Shown in pieces: positions 43,377 through 53,300 of a DNA stretch of 55,098 nucleotides. The DNA comes from a candidate division WOR-3 bacterium (GTDB taxonomy: Bacteria; Hydrothermota; Tepidihabitantia; Tepidihabitantales; Tepidihabitantaceae). The notes under the pieces were generated by a model. The model saw only the letters and a program-made list of their open reading frames with translations. It made no database searches and was not told where the DNA came from. Location of the stretch: assembly GCA_965649225.1 (NCBI GenBank), contig CBFGJX010000018.1, positions 1 through 55,098 on the forward strand, written 5' to 3'. A program made the translations under genes and the position numbers. Every line of letters starts with the position of its first letter. The stretch's first letter is position 1.

Positions 43377-45026
43377 ATGAAGAAGCTGGTTCTTGCCCTG
43401 CTTTGTATCATTGCCGGACTGCAAGCCCAGAACGGTGCCCGCTACCTGATCATCACCGCCGACATCCACGAACCGGCGGTACGGCCGCTGGCCGAATGGA
43501 AACAGGCCCGCGGACTGCTCACCCGTGTCGTCAAACTCTCCACCATCGGCACCGACACTGTCAGTATCCGCAATTTCATCCGCACGGCTTACAACACCTG
43601 GAACCCGCGTCCGGAATACGTCCTGCTCGTCGGCTCACCGGCACTCATTGCCGGTCAGCCCGGCGCACTGCCGGCGATGCGCTATCGCTACGGCTCGGGC
43701 AACATGTCTTACAGTGTCTGGTCTGAGGACCGCTATGCCGATGTCAACGACGACGGCGTGGTTGAACTGGCCATCGGCCGCTTCCCGGCCAAAACCGTGA
43801 CGCAGGCCGAGCTGATGGTTGCCAAAACTCTTGCCTACAGCCAGAGCCCGGAAATCCTGGATACCCTCTGGACGCGGCGGATGACCGCGGTGGTGCGCGA
43901 CGCCAACGACGACGATGCCCCTACCTACTGGGCCGACACCCGCAACGCGGCCACGCTTGCCGGTCAGCACGGCTACCTTGCCTGCGACACCCTTGCCTCG
44001 GCCCGGGGCCACACCGCCACCGACGTTGTCAACTCGGTCAACGCCGGCACCAACCTGGTGATGTACCGCGGCTCGGCAACCGGCAACTGGTACACCCCCT
44101 TCGCCGTCAATCCGGCTGCCACCAGCAATGGCAAGCGGCTGCCGATCATCTTGTCCTTCACCTGCGAAACGATGACCCTGACGCCGAACGAGTCAATGGT
44201 CGGCGAAGCCTGGCTCAAGGCCGGCACAACCGCGGCAATGAAAGGCGGGGTCGGCTTTATCGGCACCACCTTTGCCGCCTCGAACGTTGCCCGGTTCCGC
44301 AGCGCCGCCTGCAACGGCTTCTTCAACGGTCTGTTCGTCACCGGCAACCACAAGCTTGGCCAGGGCCTCATCAATGCCAAGGCCGAAGTCCGACGGCTGT
44401 ACCCCACCTACACTCAGCACTACCACGAACTCAACCTGCTCGGCGACCCGGAACTGGACATCTGGACCGACCTGCCCCGCGCGATTGATGTCGAACATCC
44501 CGCCACAGTCGCACCAGAACCGCAGACCGTCACCATCACGGTCACCCGCAACGGCCAGCCGGTCACCGGTGCCGATGTCTGTCTCTCGATGGACTCCACG
44601 GTCTATGCGGTCGGCGTTACCGGCACCAGCGGCGAAGTCACCCTCGACATCGCTCCCACCCACACCGGCTTCCTGCGACTGGTCGTTACCGGCCACAACC
44701 TGTTCCCTTATGATGGCGTCATACCGGTCCAGCTCGCCGGGGTGGACGAAGGTGGCCGGGCCCTGCCGGTTCGGCAACGTATCACTGCCCTGCCCTCGAC
44801 ATTCGCGACCGGAACAACGATCGCTCTGTCGGCACCGCTTTCAGTTGACGCCCGCATACGGCTGGTTGACGCTGCCGGCAGGACGGTCATCGAACAACCG
44901 GTCAGCCGTGGCACAACTTCAGTCCGCCTGTCGGCCGTGGCGGCGCCTGCCGGCTTCTATCGTTGTATCATCAACGATGCTGCCGGCGCACTGATTGGCG
45001 CCACCAGCGTCATCAAAACCCGATAA
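43377..45026 (+). CDS. Secreted peptidase C25 (gingipain)-like protein, copy 1
   Basis: SD TAAGGAGG, signal peptide, YLIIT, L.EWK..RG, YVLLVG, IGRFP, LNLLGDP, Ig domain, CTD-like tail. Confidence 0.88.
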   Translation: MKKLVLALLCIIAGLQAQNGARYLIITADIHEPAVRPLAEWKQARGLLTRVVKLSTIGTDTVSIRNFIRTAYNTWNPRPEYVLLVGSPALIAGQPGALPAMRYRYGSGNMSYSVWSEDRYADVNDDGVVELAIGRFPAKTVTQAELMVAKTLAYSQSPEILDTLWTRRMTAVVRDANDDDAPTYWADTRNAATLAGQHGYLACDTLASARGHTATDVVNSVNAGTNLVMYRGSATGNWYTPFAVNPAATSNGKRLPIILSFTCETMTLTPNESMVGEAWLKAGTTAAMKGGVGFIGTTFAASNVARFRSAACNGFFNGLFVTGNHKLGQGLINAKAEVRRLYPTYTQHYHELNLLGDPELDIWTDLPRAIDVEHPATVAPEPQTVTITVTRNGQPVTGADVCLSMDSTVYAVGVTGTSGEVTLDIAPTHTGFLRLVVTGHNLFPYDGVIPVQLAGVDEGGRALPVRQRITALPSTFATGTTIALSAPLSVDARIRLVDAAGRTVIEQPVSRGTTSVRLSAVAAPAGFYRCIINDAAGALIGATSVIKTR

Positions 45027-45040
45027 CTCAACTGCATCTT

Positions 45041-45084
45041 CACCGGACCGCCCGGCCGGGCGGTCCGGTGGCTTTTTCTGTTTT
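45041..45084 (+). terminator. Rho-independent terminator
   Basis: Perfect 30-bp palindrome CACCGGACCGCCCGG/CCGGGCGGTCCGGTG followed by GCTTTTTCTGTTTT. Confidence 0.88.
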
Positions 45085-45110
45085 GACTTCCGGTCACCAC
45101 TGGCTATAAT
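45083..45110 (+). promoter_or_regulatory. Promoter of the second C25-family gene
   Basis: TTGACT-N16-TATAAT. Confidence 0.75.
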
Positions 45111-45188
45111 GCCTCCAGCTGTAAACAAGCCGGATATCAACCCCAACCGGGCGATACCCGGCTCTTTGTTGTCAAATCGCCAGAGTTG

Positions 45189-46802
45189 ATGTCGAGAGTA
45201 CTGCTGTTAGTGGCGCTGGTCTGCTCCGGCATTCGGGCTCAGACCGGAGCACGCTATCTCATTATCACCGCCGACTCGCTGGAACCATCAATCCGCCCCC
45301 TTGCCGAGTGGCACCACTTTCGTGGTCTTCCGACCCGCATCACCCGACTCTCGGCAATCGGCCGGGACACCACCGCCATCAGAAACTACATCCGCAACGC
45401 CTGGAACACCTGGAACCCCCGGCCCGAATTCGTTTTGCTCGTCGGTTCGGCCGAATCGCTGCCCGCCCGGCTTTACCTTTCCGGTGGCTCGGTGGTAGTC
45501 TCTTCCGACAACATCTATGCCGATGTCACCGGTGACCTGCGCGCCGAACTCGCGGTCGGCCGTCTGCCGGCCAAATCCCGGCTTCAGCTCGACGAGATGG
45601 TCATCAAGACCCTTGCCTACGAACGCACCCCCGACACGCTCAACCGCCGCTGGACCAGTCATCTCACCACCGTTGTTCACGACCGCAACGACGACGACTC
45701 ACTGGTCTACTGGGCTGACGCCCGTCACGCTGCCGCCCGCAGCGCGGCAGCCGGGTTCGCGGGCTGTGACAGCTTTGCCTCGACGCGGGGCGACTCGGCT
45801 GACGATGTCATCGCCGCAATCGACTCCGGCACCAGCCTTGTCCTGTACCGCGGCCGCGCCACCGGCAACTGGTACCAGCCGTTCCGGGTCCTGCCACAGC
45901 GTACCACCAACGGCAGCCGCTGTCCGGTTGTTCTGTCGGTAACCTGTGCAACCATGACCCTCACACCCGGCGAGTCAATGGTCGGCGAAGCCTGGATCAG
46001 GACCGGCACCGTCAGCACCATTCGCGGCGCGGTGGCATTCTTCGGCAACACCCATTCCGACATCGCGGTGGCAACGGTCCGCAGTTCGGTTGCCCGCGGC
46101 TTCTTCGATTCGCTCTTCCTCGGCAACCACTGGCAGCTCGGCCATGCCGCCCGAATGGCCCGCGCTGCCCTGCTGGCAGAATTTCCCGACCACGTCAACG
46201 ACTACCTTGGCTTCAACCTCTACGGCGACCCGGCCCTGGGCATCTGGACCGCACCGCCGGCAAAGCCGCTCGTAACACGCCCGGCATCACTTTCACCCGG
46301 GTTGCAGACGGTTACAATCAATGTCCGCACCGGCTCGCTGCCGGTCGCCAACGCACTGGTCTGTCTTTCCATGGATTCGACTCTCTACGCCAGCGGCCTC
46401 ACTGACGCCGGCGGCAACGCCCGGCTGACGTTCAATCCGGTCAACACCGGTTCAGCCCGGCTGATTGTCACCGGCCGCAACCTCTATCCGTTCGACACCA
46501 TCATCCCGGTCGTTCCGGTCGCGGTCACCGCCAGCCCGACCAGCCCGTACCAGCCGCAACTCTGTCTGCCGTTCGCTTTCAACAACTCCTTGACAATCCG
46601 GCTGCTCAGGCCGCTTGTCGGCGGCGGCACAATTCAACTCTGTGACCCGCTAGGCCGCACAATCTGCCGAGTCGTCATCGCGCCGACAGCCGGCTCGGCC
46701 ACCATCAAATCCGCGGCACTGCCGGCCGGAGTCTACCGCTGTCTCCTGACGGACAAACACGGCCGACTCCTCGACAGCCGGACAGTTCGGAAAATCCGCT
46801 GA
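45189..46802 (+). CDS. Secreted peptidase C25 (gingipain)-like protein, copy 2
   Basis: Signal peptide, YLIIT, SDNIY, VGRLP, FNLYGDP, Ig domain, LPAGVY CTD-like tail; colinear with copy 1. Confidence 0.88.
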   Translation: MSRVLLLVALVCSGIRAQTGARYLIITADSLEPSIRPLAEWHHFRGLPTRITRLSAIGRDTTAIRNYIRNAWNTWNPRPEFVLLVGSAESLPARLYLSGGSVVVSSDNIYADVTGDLRAELAVGRLPAKSRLQLDEMVIKTLAYERTPDTLNRRWTSHLTTVVHDRNDDDSLVYWADARHAAARSAAAGFAGCDSFASTRGDSADDVIAAIDSGTSLVLYRGRATGNWYQPFRVLPQRTTNGSRCPVVLSVTCATMTLTPGESMVGEAWIRTGTVSTIRGAVAFFGNTHSDIAVATVRSSVARGFFDSLFLGNHWQLGHAARMARAALLAEFPDHVNDYLGFNLYGDPALGIWTAPPAKPLVTRPASLSPGLQTVTINVRTGSLPVANALVCLSMDSTLYASGLTDAGGNARLTFNPVNTGSARLIVTGRNLYPFDTIIPVVPVAVTASPTSPYQPQLCLPFAFNNSLTIRLLRPLVGGGTIQLCDPLGRTICRVVIAPTAGSATIKSAALPAGVYRCLLTDKHGRLLDSRTVRKIR

Positions 46803-46906
46803 CCGGTCGCACGACCGCTGCGCCAGTCGGCCGACGCCCTGCCCTTATTGCCGCTGAACACAACCCGGTCACAATTACCTGAAAACAGCCGGCTGCGGGC
46901 CGGAAC

Positions 46907-46934
46907 TTGACCCTGCCCGGCCGGCCAATATGCT
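46907..46934 (+). promoter_or_regulatory. Leaderless promoter of pyk
   Basis: TTGACC-N16-TATGCT-N8-GTG. Confidence 0.6.
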
Positions 46935-46942
46935 CAGCCACC

Positions 46943-48598
46943 GTGGAGAAAACACCTGTCGGCCACACCGACGACCGCGAACGCTGCATCGTCAAACACG
47001 CTCCGGTCGAACCGGCCGGGCTGGCAATCATCTGCACGATGGGCCCGCGCATCTCCCGCTCCGGTCCCAACCGGCGCGGCCGCTATCCCGAATCGGAAGC
47101 ACTCACCAGCATTCCGGAACTGGTCGAAGAAGGCATGGCCGCCGCCCGCATCAACATGTCCCATGTCAAACCCGAAGATTTACCGTCCATCGAACGGCTG
47201 ATTGCCGCCATCCGCCGCACCGAGGAAACCCTGCGCCGGCCGCTGCCCGTCATTCTCGACCTCAAAGGCCCCAAAATCCGCATCCGTGAAATCCGGCCGG
47301 TGGCCGACCGCAAAACCCTCCCACCGACTGACCGCATCGCGGTCAGCGAAGGCGACCGGGTTCAGCTCGTCACCGGCGACCCGGCCCGCGGCCGCATTCC
47401 CGCCGGCGTCAAAGCCCGCCTCCTCGTCGCCTATCCGCTCGACCTCTTTGTTGAAATCGACCCGGGCAACACCATCGTCATCGGCGACAACGAAGTCTAT
47501 CTCAAAGCCGAGAAAAAGGAATTCCCCGACCGCATCACCTGCGTTGCCGAACACAAAGGCATCATCAAACTCAACAAAGGCATCGACCTGCCCGAAGTCC
47601 CCGGTGGCCGGTTGCAGGCCGGGCCCCTGGACGTACCGGAAGACATTGCCGCCATCAACCACGGCTTCGACGTCGACTTCATCGCGCAGTCATTTGTCCA
47701 GAGCCCGTCCGACATCGCCGACATGGCCCGGCTGCTGCGGGAAAGCCCCACCGGTCTCAAACCGATAATCGCCAAAATTGAATCACCGACTGCGGTAGCC
47801 AACGTCGACGCCATCCTCGAACGCAGTGAAGTTTACGGCATCATGGTTGCCCGGGGCGACCTGGGCGTGCTGGTTGACTACCCCGAGATACCAAAAGTCC
47901 AGCGTCGGCTGATTGACCGCGCCAACATCGCCGGCAAACCGGTCATCGTTGCCACCCAGTTGCTCGAATCGATGATCCGCAACCCGCTGCCCCAGCGGGG
48001 CGAAGTCCAGGACATCGCCACTGCGGTCGAAGAAGGCGCCGACGCGCTGATGCTTTCCGGCGAAACTGCGGTCGGTGACTTCCCGCGCCAGTGCGTTCGG
48101 ACCATGGCCCGCGTGGTCAATGCCACCATGCCGATTGACCGCGACCGCTACCTTGCCAAGTTCGGCGGCCACTACACCCGCGAACCGGCCGAACGCAACA
48201 TCCACGTCCTCGGCTATCCAATCGTCAGCCTCGCCGAACAGGCCCGGGCGCCATTCATTGTTTCCTGGGCCACCACCGGCGCCTCGGCGACGATGATATC
48301 GCGTTTCCGGCCCTCGATGCCGGTGCTGGCAGTTACCAGCCGGCCGGCCACCGCCCGTCAGTTGCGGCTGCTCTACGGCGTCTATCCGGTACTGGTGAAC
48401 ACCGGCACCGACCCTGCCACCGGCACCCCCCGCGACCTGCCGCGCACACCCGACAAAGTTGTTGCCTTCACCCGTTCGATTGTCGAACAACTCGGACTGG
48501 TCGGCCGCTTCAAGGTCAAAGGCCGGCTGATTGTCGTTACCCTGCACAACGGACTGGAGGGGGAATTCTCCCGCTCAATCATCACCTTCCGCTGGTAG
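46943..48598 (+). CDS. pyk: Pyruvate kinase
   Basis: ICTMGP, RINMSH, DLKGPKIR, AKIE, MVARGDLG, ATQLLESM, MLSGETA; start inferred at GTG 46943. Confidence 0.95.
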   Translation: MEKTPVGHTDDRERCIVKHAPVEPAGLAIICTMGPRISRSGPNRRGRYPESEALTSIPELVEEGMAAARINMSHVKPEDLPSIERLIAAIRRTEETLRRPLPVILDLKGPKIRIREIRPVADRKTLPPTDRIAVSEGDRVQLVTGDPARGRIPAGVKARLLVAYPLDLFVEIDPGNTIVIGDNEVYLKAEKKEFPDRITCVAEHKGIIKLNKGIDLPEVPGGRLQAGPLDVPEDIAAINHGFDVDFIAQSFVQSPSDIADMARLLRESPTGLKPIIAKIESPTAVANVDAILERSEVYGIMVARGDLGVLVDYPEIPKVQRRLIDRANIAGKPVIVATQLLESMIRNPLPQRGEVQDIATAVEEGADALMLSGETAVGDFPRQCVRTMARVVNATMPIDRDRYLAKFGGHYTREPAERNIHVLGYPIVSLAEQARAPFIVSWATTGASATMISRFRPSMPVLAVTSRPATARQLRLLYGVYPVLVNTGTDPATGTPRDLPRTPDKVVAFTRSIVEQLGLVGRFKVKGRLIVVTLHNGLEGEFSRSIITFRW

Positions 48599-48602
48599 AC
48601 TC

Positions 48603-48628
48603 AAGCCGCTGCCGGCGGCTTTGACTTT
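48603..48628 (+). terminator. Possible terminator after pyk, overlapping the alr -35 box
   Basis: AAGCCGCT-GCC-GGCGGCTT followed by TGACTTT. Confidence 0.45.
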
Positions 48629-48649
48629 ACTCCGAGGGTCGGCTAACAT
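48621..48649 (+). promoter_or_regulatory. Near-leaderless promoter of alr
   Basis: TTGACT-N17-TAACAT-N9-ATG, no SD. Confidence 0.6.
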
Positions 48650-48658
48650 CGCACCACC

Positions 48659-49822
48659 ATGCACTACGGCCGGGTCTGGGCGGAAATTGACCTCGATGCG
48701 CTCGACGCCAACCTGACGGCCATCCGCGCCGCGGTTGCCCCGCGCCGGCTGCTCTTTGCCGTCAAAGCCGATGCCTATGGCCACGGCCTGCGCGAAATCG
48801 CGCTGGCCGCGGCCGGCAGTGTCGACTGCTTTGGCGTCGCCTCGGTCGAAGAAGGCGCAATCCTGCGCCGCGCCGGCATCACCCGGCCGGTACTGGTGCT
48901 TTCGCCGATACCCTACGGCGAAATCCCGGCCCTGTTTGACCACGGCCTCACGCCGTCGGTTACCGAACCGGAGTTCGCCCGGCTGCTCTCGGCCGAAGCG
49001 ATGCGCCGGTCGACAACCGTCAACTTCCACGTTGAAGTCGACACCGGCATGGGCCGCACCGGCGTCGACACTGACCGTGCCTTTGGCTTCATCACCGGCA
49101 CTGCCCGCCTGCCCGGCCTGCACCTTGCCGGTGTCTTCACCCACTTTCCCGCCGCCGACACCGACATCGCCTTCTCCTGCTCTCAGCTCCAGTCCTACCG
49201 GACGCTGCTGGAACGGCTGCACGCCGAAGGACTCAACCATTTTCTAGCACACGCCGCCAACTCTCCGGGAATATTGAATATAAGCGAATCGTTCTTCGAT
49301 ATGGTCCGGCCGGGCCTGCTCGGCTACGGCATCCGGCCCGATTTGCCCGCGCCCGGCACCGTCAGTCCGCGGGTGCAGGTAAAACCGGTAATGCGGCTGC
49401 GCTCGCGGATCGTCAATCTCCGCCGGATTGCGGCCGGGCACTCCGTCTCCTACCAGCGCACCTGGCTGGCCCCGCGCGACTCGCGCATTGCCGTCATCAC
49501 CGCCGGCTACGGCGACGGCTATCCGTGGTCATTGAGCAACCGCGGCAGCGTGCTGGTCTGCGGCCGACGGGCGCCGATTGTCGGCAATGTCTGCATGGAC
49601 CTGACCATGCTTGACGTCACCGACATTCCGGAAGCGGCGATTGACGACCGCGTCACCCTGCTTGGCACCGACGGAGAAGAAACCATCACCGCCAACGAGC
49701 TGGCGGCCCGGGCCGGCACGATACCCTATGAAATCGTCTGCCGCGTCTCCCCGCGGGTGCCGCGGGTGTATCTGCGCGGCGGCAAGGTAACCAAGGTCCA
49801 CAACCCGCTGAGCCATGAGTGA
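48659..49822 (+). CDS. alr: Alanine racemase
   Basis: VKADAYGHG, DTGMGR, THF, ANS, VRPG, VSY, GYGDG, CMD, TIPYE. Confidence 0.97.
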   Translation: MHYGRVWAEIDLDALDANLTAIRAAVAPRRLLFAVKADAYGHGLREIALAAAGSVDCFGVASVEEGAILRRAGITRPVLVLSPIPYGEIPALFDHGLTPSVTEPEFARLLSAEAMRRSTTVNFHVEVDTGMGRTGVDTDRAFGFITGTARLPGLHLAGVFTHFPAADTDIAFSCSQLQSYRTLLERLHAEGLNHFLAHAANSPGILNISESFFDMVRPGLLGYGIRPDLPAPGTVSPRVQVKPVMRLRSRIVNLRRIAAGHSVSYQRTWLAPRDSRIAVITAGYGDGYPWSLSNRGSVLVCGRRAPIVGNVCMDLTMLDVTDIPEAAIDDRVTLLGTDGEETITANELAARAGTIPYEIVCRVSPRVPRVYLRGGKVTKVHNPLSHE

Positions 49823-50129
49823 AACAAAAAATACCCCGCTGCCCGAACCGACCCTCGAAACGCTGCTGCTGAACCTCGCGGCGGCAGCACTCGCCCATCT
49901 TGGCCACGAAGTTCTGCCTGGCCAGAAAGCCGAACTCAATCTGGCACTGGCCAAACACACCATCGATACGATCGAGCTGCTCCGGCGCAAAACCGAAGGC
50001 AACCGCACCGAGGCGGAAACCCGCGCCTTTGACGAACTGCTCTACGAACTGCGACTGCAATACGTCAAGGCCGAACAGCAGCCGGGCAGCAGCGGCCTGA
50101 TAATCGACCCCTCCAACCCGAACCGCTAG
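49815..50129 (+). CDS. DUF1844-like protein
   Basis: A..HLG, NLALAKHTID, L..KTEGN, LYELRLQYV. Confidence 0.85.
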   Translation: MSETKNTPLPEPTLETLLLNLAAAALAHLGHEVLPGQKAELNLALAKHTIDTIELLRRKTEGNRTEAETRAFDELLYELRLQYVKAEQQPGSSGLIIDPSNPNR

Positions 50130-50150
50130 CCGGCGGCCGCGATGTCCGGC

Positions 50151-50178
50151 TTGACACTCCGGTCAGGGGTCTTAGCAT
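50151..50178 (+). promoter_or_regulatory. Promoter of the S8 peptidase operon
   Basis: TTGACA-N16-TAGCAT, giving a ~140-nt leader. Confidence 0.7.
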
Positions 50179-50324
50179 TATTATTGAGGCCGGCAGGTTA
50201 CACCCTCAAAACTGAACGCGTGGAGCACGCGCCGTTCTGACGCGTAACTCCGGCTGAGGGCGCCTGCTGTCCCGCCGGCAGTCCGGCCGGCAGGCTGAGA
50301 TGACAAAAACCGTAAGGAGGCAGA

Positions 50325-53300
50325 ATGTTGAAGTGGCTGTCCGCGGTCACCGCACTGGTGGTACTGACGACCGGAGCCCTTGCCGCCCCGCTCGTTGACC
50401 CCCAGTTGCAGTCGATCCTCGCTGCCGAGGACGACGACGCCTACATTCCGGTAACGATCGTTCTCAACAACCAGTTTGACAACGAACTGCTCAATTCGAT
50501 GGTCGAGGGCCTGCCCCGGCCGGTACGCCGGGCGCGGGTTGCGCGCATCCTCGACGACTTCGCCCAGGCCGAGCAGCGCCAGCTGCTCGAATACCTTGCC
50601 GAGTGCAAGGCCGCGGGCGAAGTGAACAACTACTTCTCGCTCTGGATTATCAACGCCGTCGCCTGCGGCGCCAAGCGTTCGGTCATCCGCGAGCTTGCCG
50701 AAAGAGACGACATCGGCATCCTTGCCTATGCCAAGGTCGCGGCCGAAGTCTCCTCCGTTGACCTCGGGCAGATTGTCCAGCCCGATATCACCGCCTCGGT
50801 CCAGCCCAACATCGCGCTCATCAACGCGCGCGGCGCCTGGGCTCAGGGCTACACCGGTCAGGGCGTGGTCATCGGCGTGGTGGACACCGGTGTCCGCTAC
50901 ACCCACATGGACCTGCGCAACCACCTCTGGCAGGCGATTGACACCACCCACGAATACGGGTTCCCCAACTGCGGCTTCAACTTCGCCGCGAGCGAATCTA
51001 ACTGGTTCGGCCACGCCGGCCCGTCAAGCTACAATATCTGGACCCCGCTCGACTACCTCGGCCACGGCACCCATTGCGCCGGTCTGGCCACGGCTGACGG
51101 CGCCTATGGCAACGGCACGCGCGACACGATGGGCGTCGCCCCGAGTGCGCAGATTATGTCCCTGCCGGTGGATGTCTGGGTGCACTCGCCCCAACCCGAC
51201 ACCGTGCTGGACAACTCGATGTGGGCCGGAATTCAGTTCTGCGTCCGACCGTTCCGGCCAAGCCGGCCCCTCGGCCCGGATACCCTGAACGGTGCGGACC
51301 TCATCACGATGTCGCTTGGCCTCATTACCGCATGGTCACCGCGCTACGCGATGCACCGAATTGTCGAGGAAAACGTCCTCGCGGCCGGCATCGTGCATAT
51401 GGTCGCGGCCGGCAACGAAGCCACTTCCGGCATCCGCACTCCGGGCAACTGTCCGCCGCCCTGGCCCAACCCGGTCAACGGCACGCCCCATCCCACCCGT
51501 GGCCGCACTGCGGTCATCACGGTCGGCGCGACCGACAACTCCGACAACCGCGCCAGCTTCTCCTCCATGGGCCCGTCGAAAATCTGGGACACGGTGCCGC
51601 CGTGGTACGACTTCCCGTACCCGCGCTACCTGCTCGACCCGGACATCTGCGCCCCGGGCTACAACGTCTTGTCGACCTACTACTCCAGCGACCAGTCCTA
51701 CACCACCATGTACGGCACGTCGATGGCAACGCCGACCGCGGCCGGTTGTGTCGCCCTGATGCTTTCCAAGAATCCGATGCTGACTCCGCGGATGATTGAC
51801 TCCATCCTTGAAATGCACGGAGTCGTCGACCTGAACCCGCCGGGCAAGGACACGGCTTTTGGCGCAGGCCGGATCAACTGCTCGCTGGCCGTGGCCCGCA
51901 CCCCGACCCCGCACGATGTCGGTGTACTGCGCATCAACGCGCCGCTGGCCGGCAACTACGACTCGCTGGCGACCGCGACGCCGTCGGCATGGGTGAAAAA
52001 CTTCCACACCGACCCGTCACCCGCGTTCAAGGTGCGTTTCCGGATTGGCAGCCAGTATGTCGATTCGGCAGCGGTGAGTTCACTGGCACCGGGCGAGTCG
52101 GCCCAGGTAACCTTCAGCCAGTGGACGGCACTGGAGCGCGGCGTCATCGCGGTCAAATGCTCCACCGAACTGCCGTTTGACGGCAACCCGGCCAACGACA
52201 AAGTCCAGCACACCATCACGGTGATTGTCCACGACGCCGGCGCCGGCCGAATTACGATGCCCTCAGGCACGGTTGACTCGGCGGCGACAATCACTCCGAC
52301 GGTCATCATTCACAACTACGGCACCGCGACCGAAAACATCACTGCCCGCCTGCGTATCGGCAGCTACAACCAGACCGCCACCGCCACCGGCGTTCTGCCC
52401 GGCGACTCGGCTGAGCTTGCCTTCCCGCAGTGGCAGGTGAACCTGCGCGGCGACCAGACCCCGGTCTGTTCCACCGAGCTGGCGACCGACGTCTATCCGG
52501 AAAACGACCGCAGCGAGGGTTCGTTCTTCGGCCGGGTGCACGACGCTGCCGCAGTGGCGGTGCTTGCTCCGCGCGGCCGGGTCAACCCCAACACGCCCAT
52601 CACCCCGCAGGTGCGCATCCGCAACACCGGCACCGATATCATCGGCACCTGCGACGTCCGGCTGGAAATCGCCACCGGCTATGCTTCGACGGTAACCGTG
52701 AACAACATCCCGGCCGAAACCGACACCATCGTCGAGTTCTTCACCTGGCTGGCAGCGCCATCCGGCACCTGGCAGACCTCGGTCCGCGTCACCACTGCCG
52801 GCGACATGATTCCAGCCAACAACATCAAATACGACTCGGTGATTGTCGGCGATCCGGTGCCGCCGGGCTGGAGCGAAGTGCCGACGCCGGTTCCGTCCGC
52901 GCCTTCGGGCAAGGCAGTCAAGGATGGCGGCTGGCTGGCCTATGACCCGGCCAGCGGCATGTTCTACGCGGCCAAGGGCAACAAGACTGCCGACTTCTAC
53001 CGCTACGACCCCAACGCCGGTCAGTGGCAAACCCTGCCGGCGATTCCGGCCGGAGTTGAAAACAAGCTGCCGGCCAAAGGCGCCAACGGCTGTGTTGACG
53101 GCCTCGGCAACATCTACCTCATCAAGGGCAACAACACTCAGGCCTTCTGGCGCTACAACATCGCCGAAAGCAGCTGGACCCAGCTCGCCGATGTGCCGCT
53201 CGGGCCTTCCAACAAGCGCATCAAGGGCGGCAGCGACCTGGCCTACGTTGATGACGGTGAAAGCACCTGGGTCTATCTGCTCAAAGGCTACAAGACCGAG

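Noticed and set aside
45041..45070. Perfect 30-bp palindrome as a REP/MITE element
   Set aside because: Single copy noticed, directly after a stop codon and followed by a T-tract, so an ordinary terminator.
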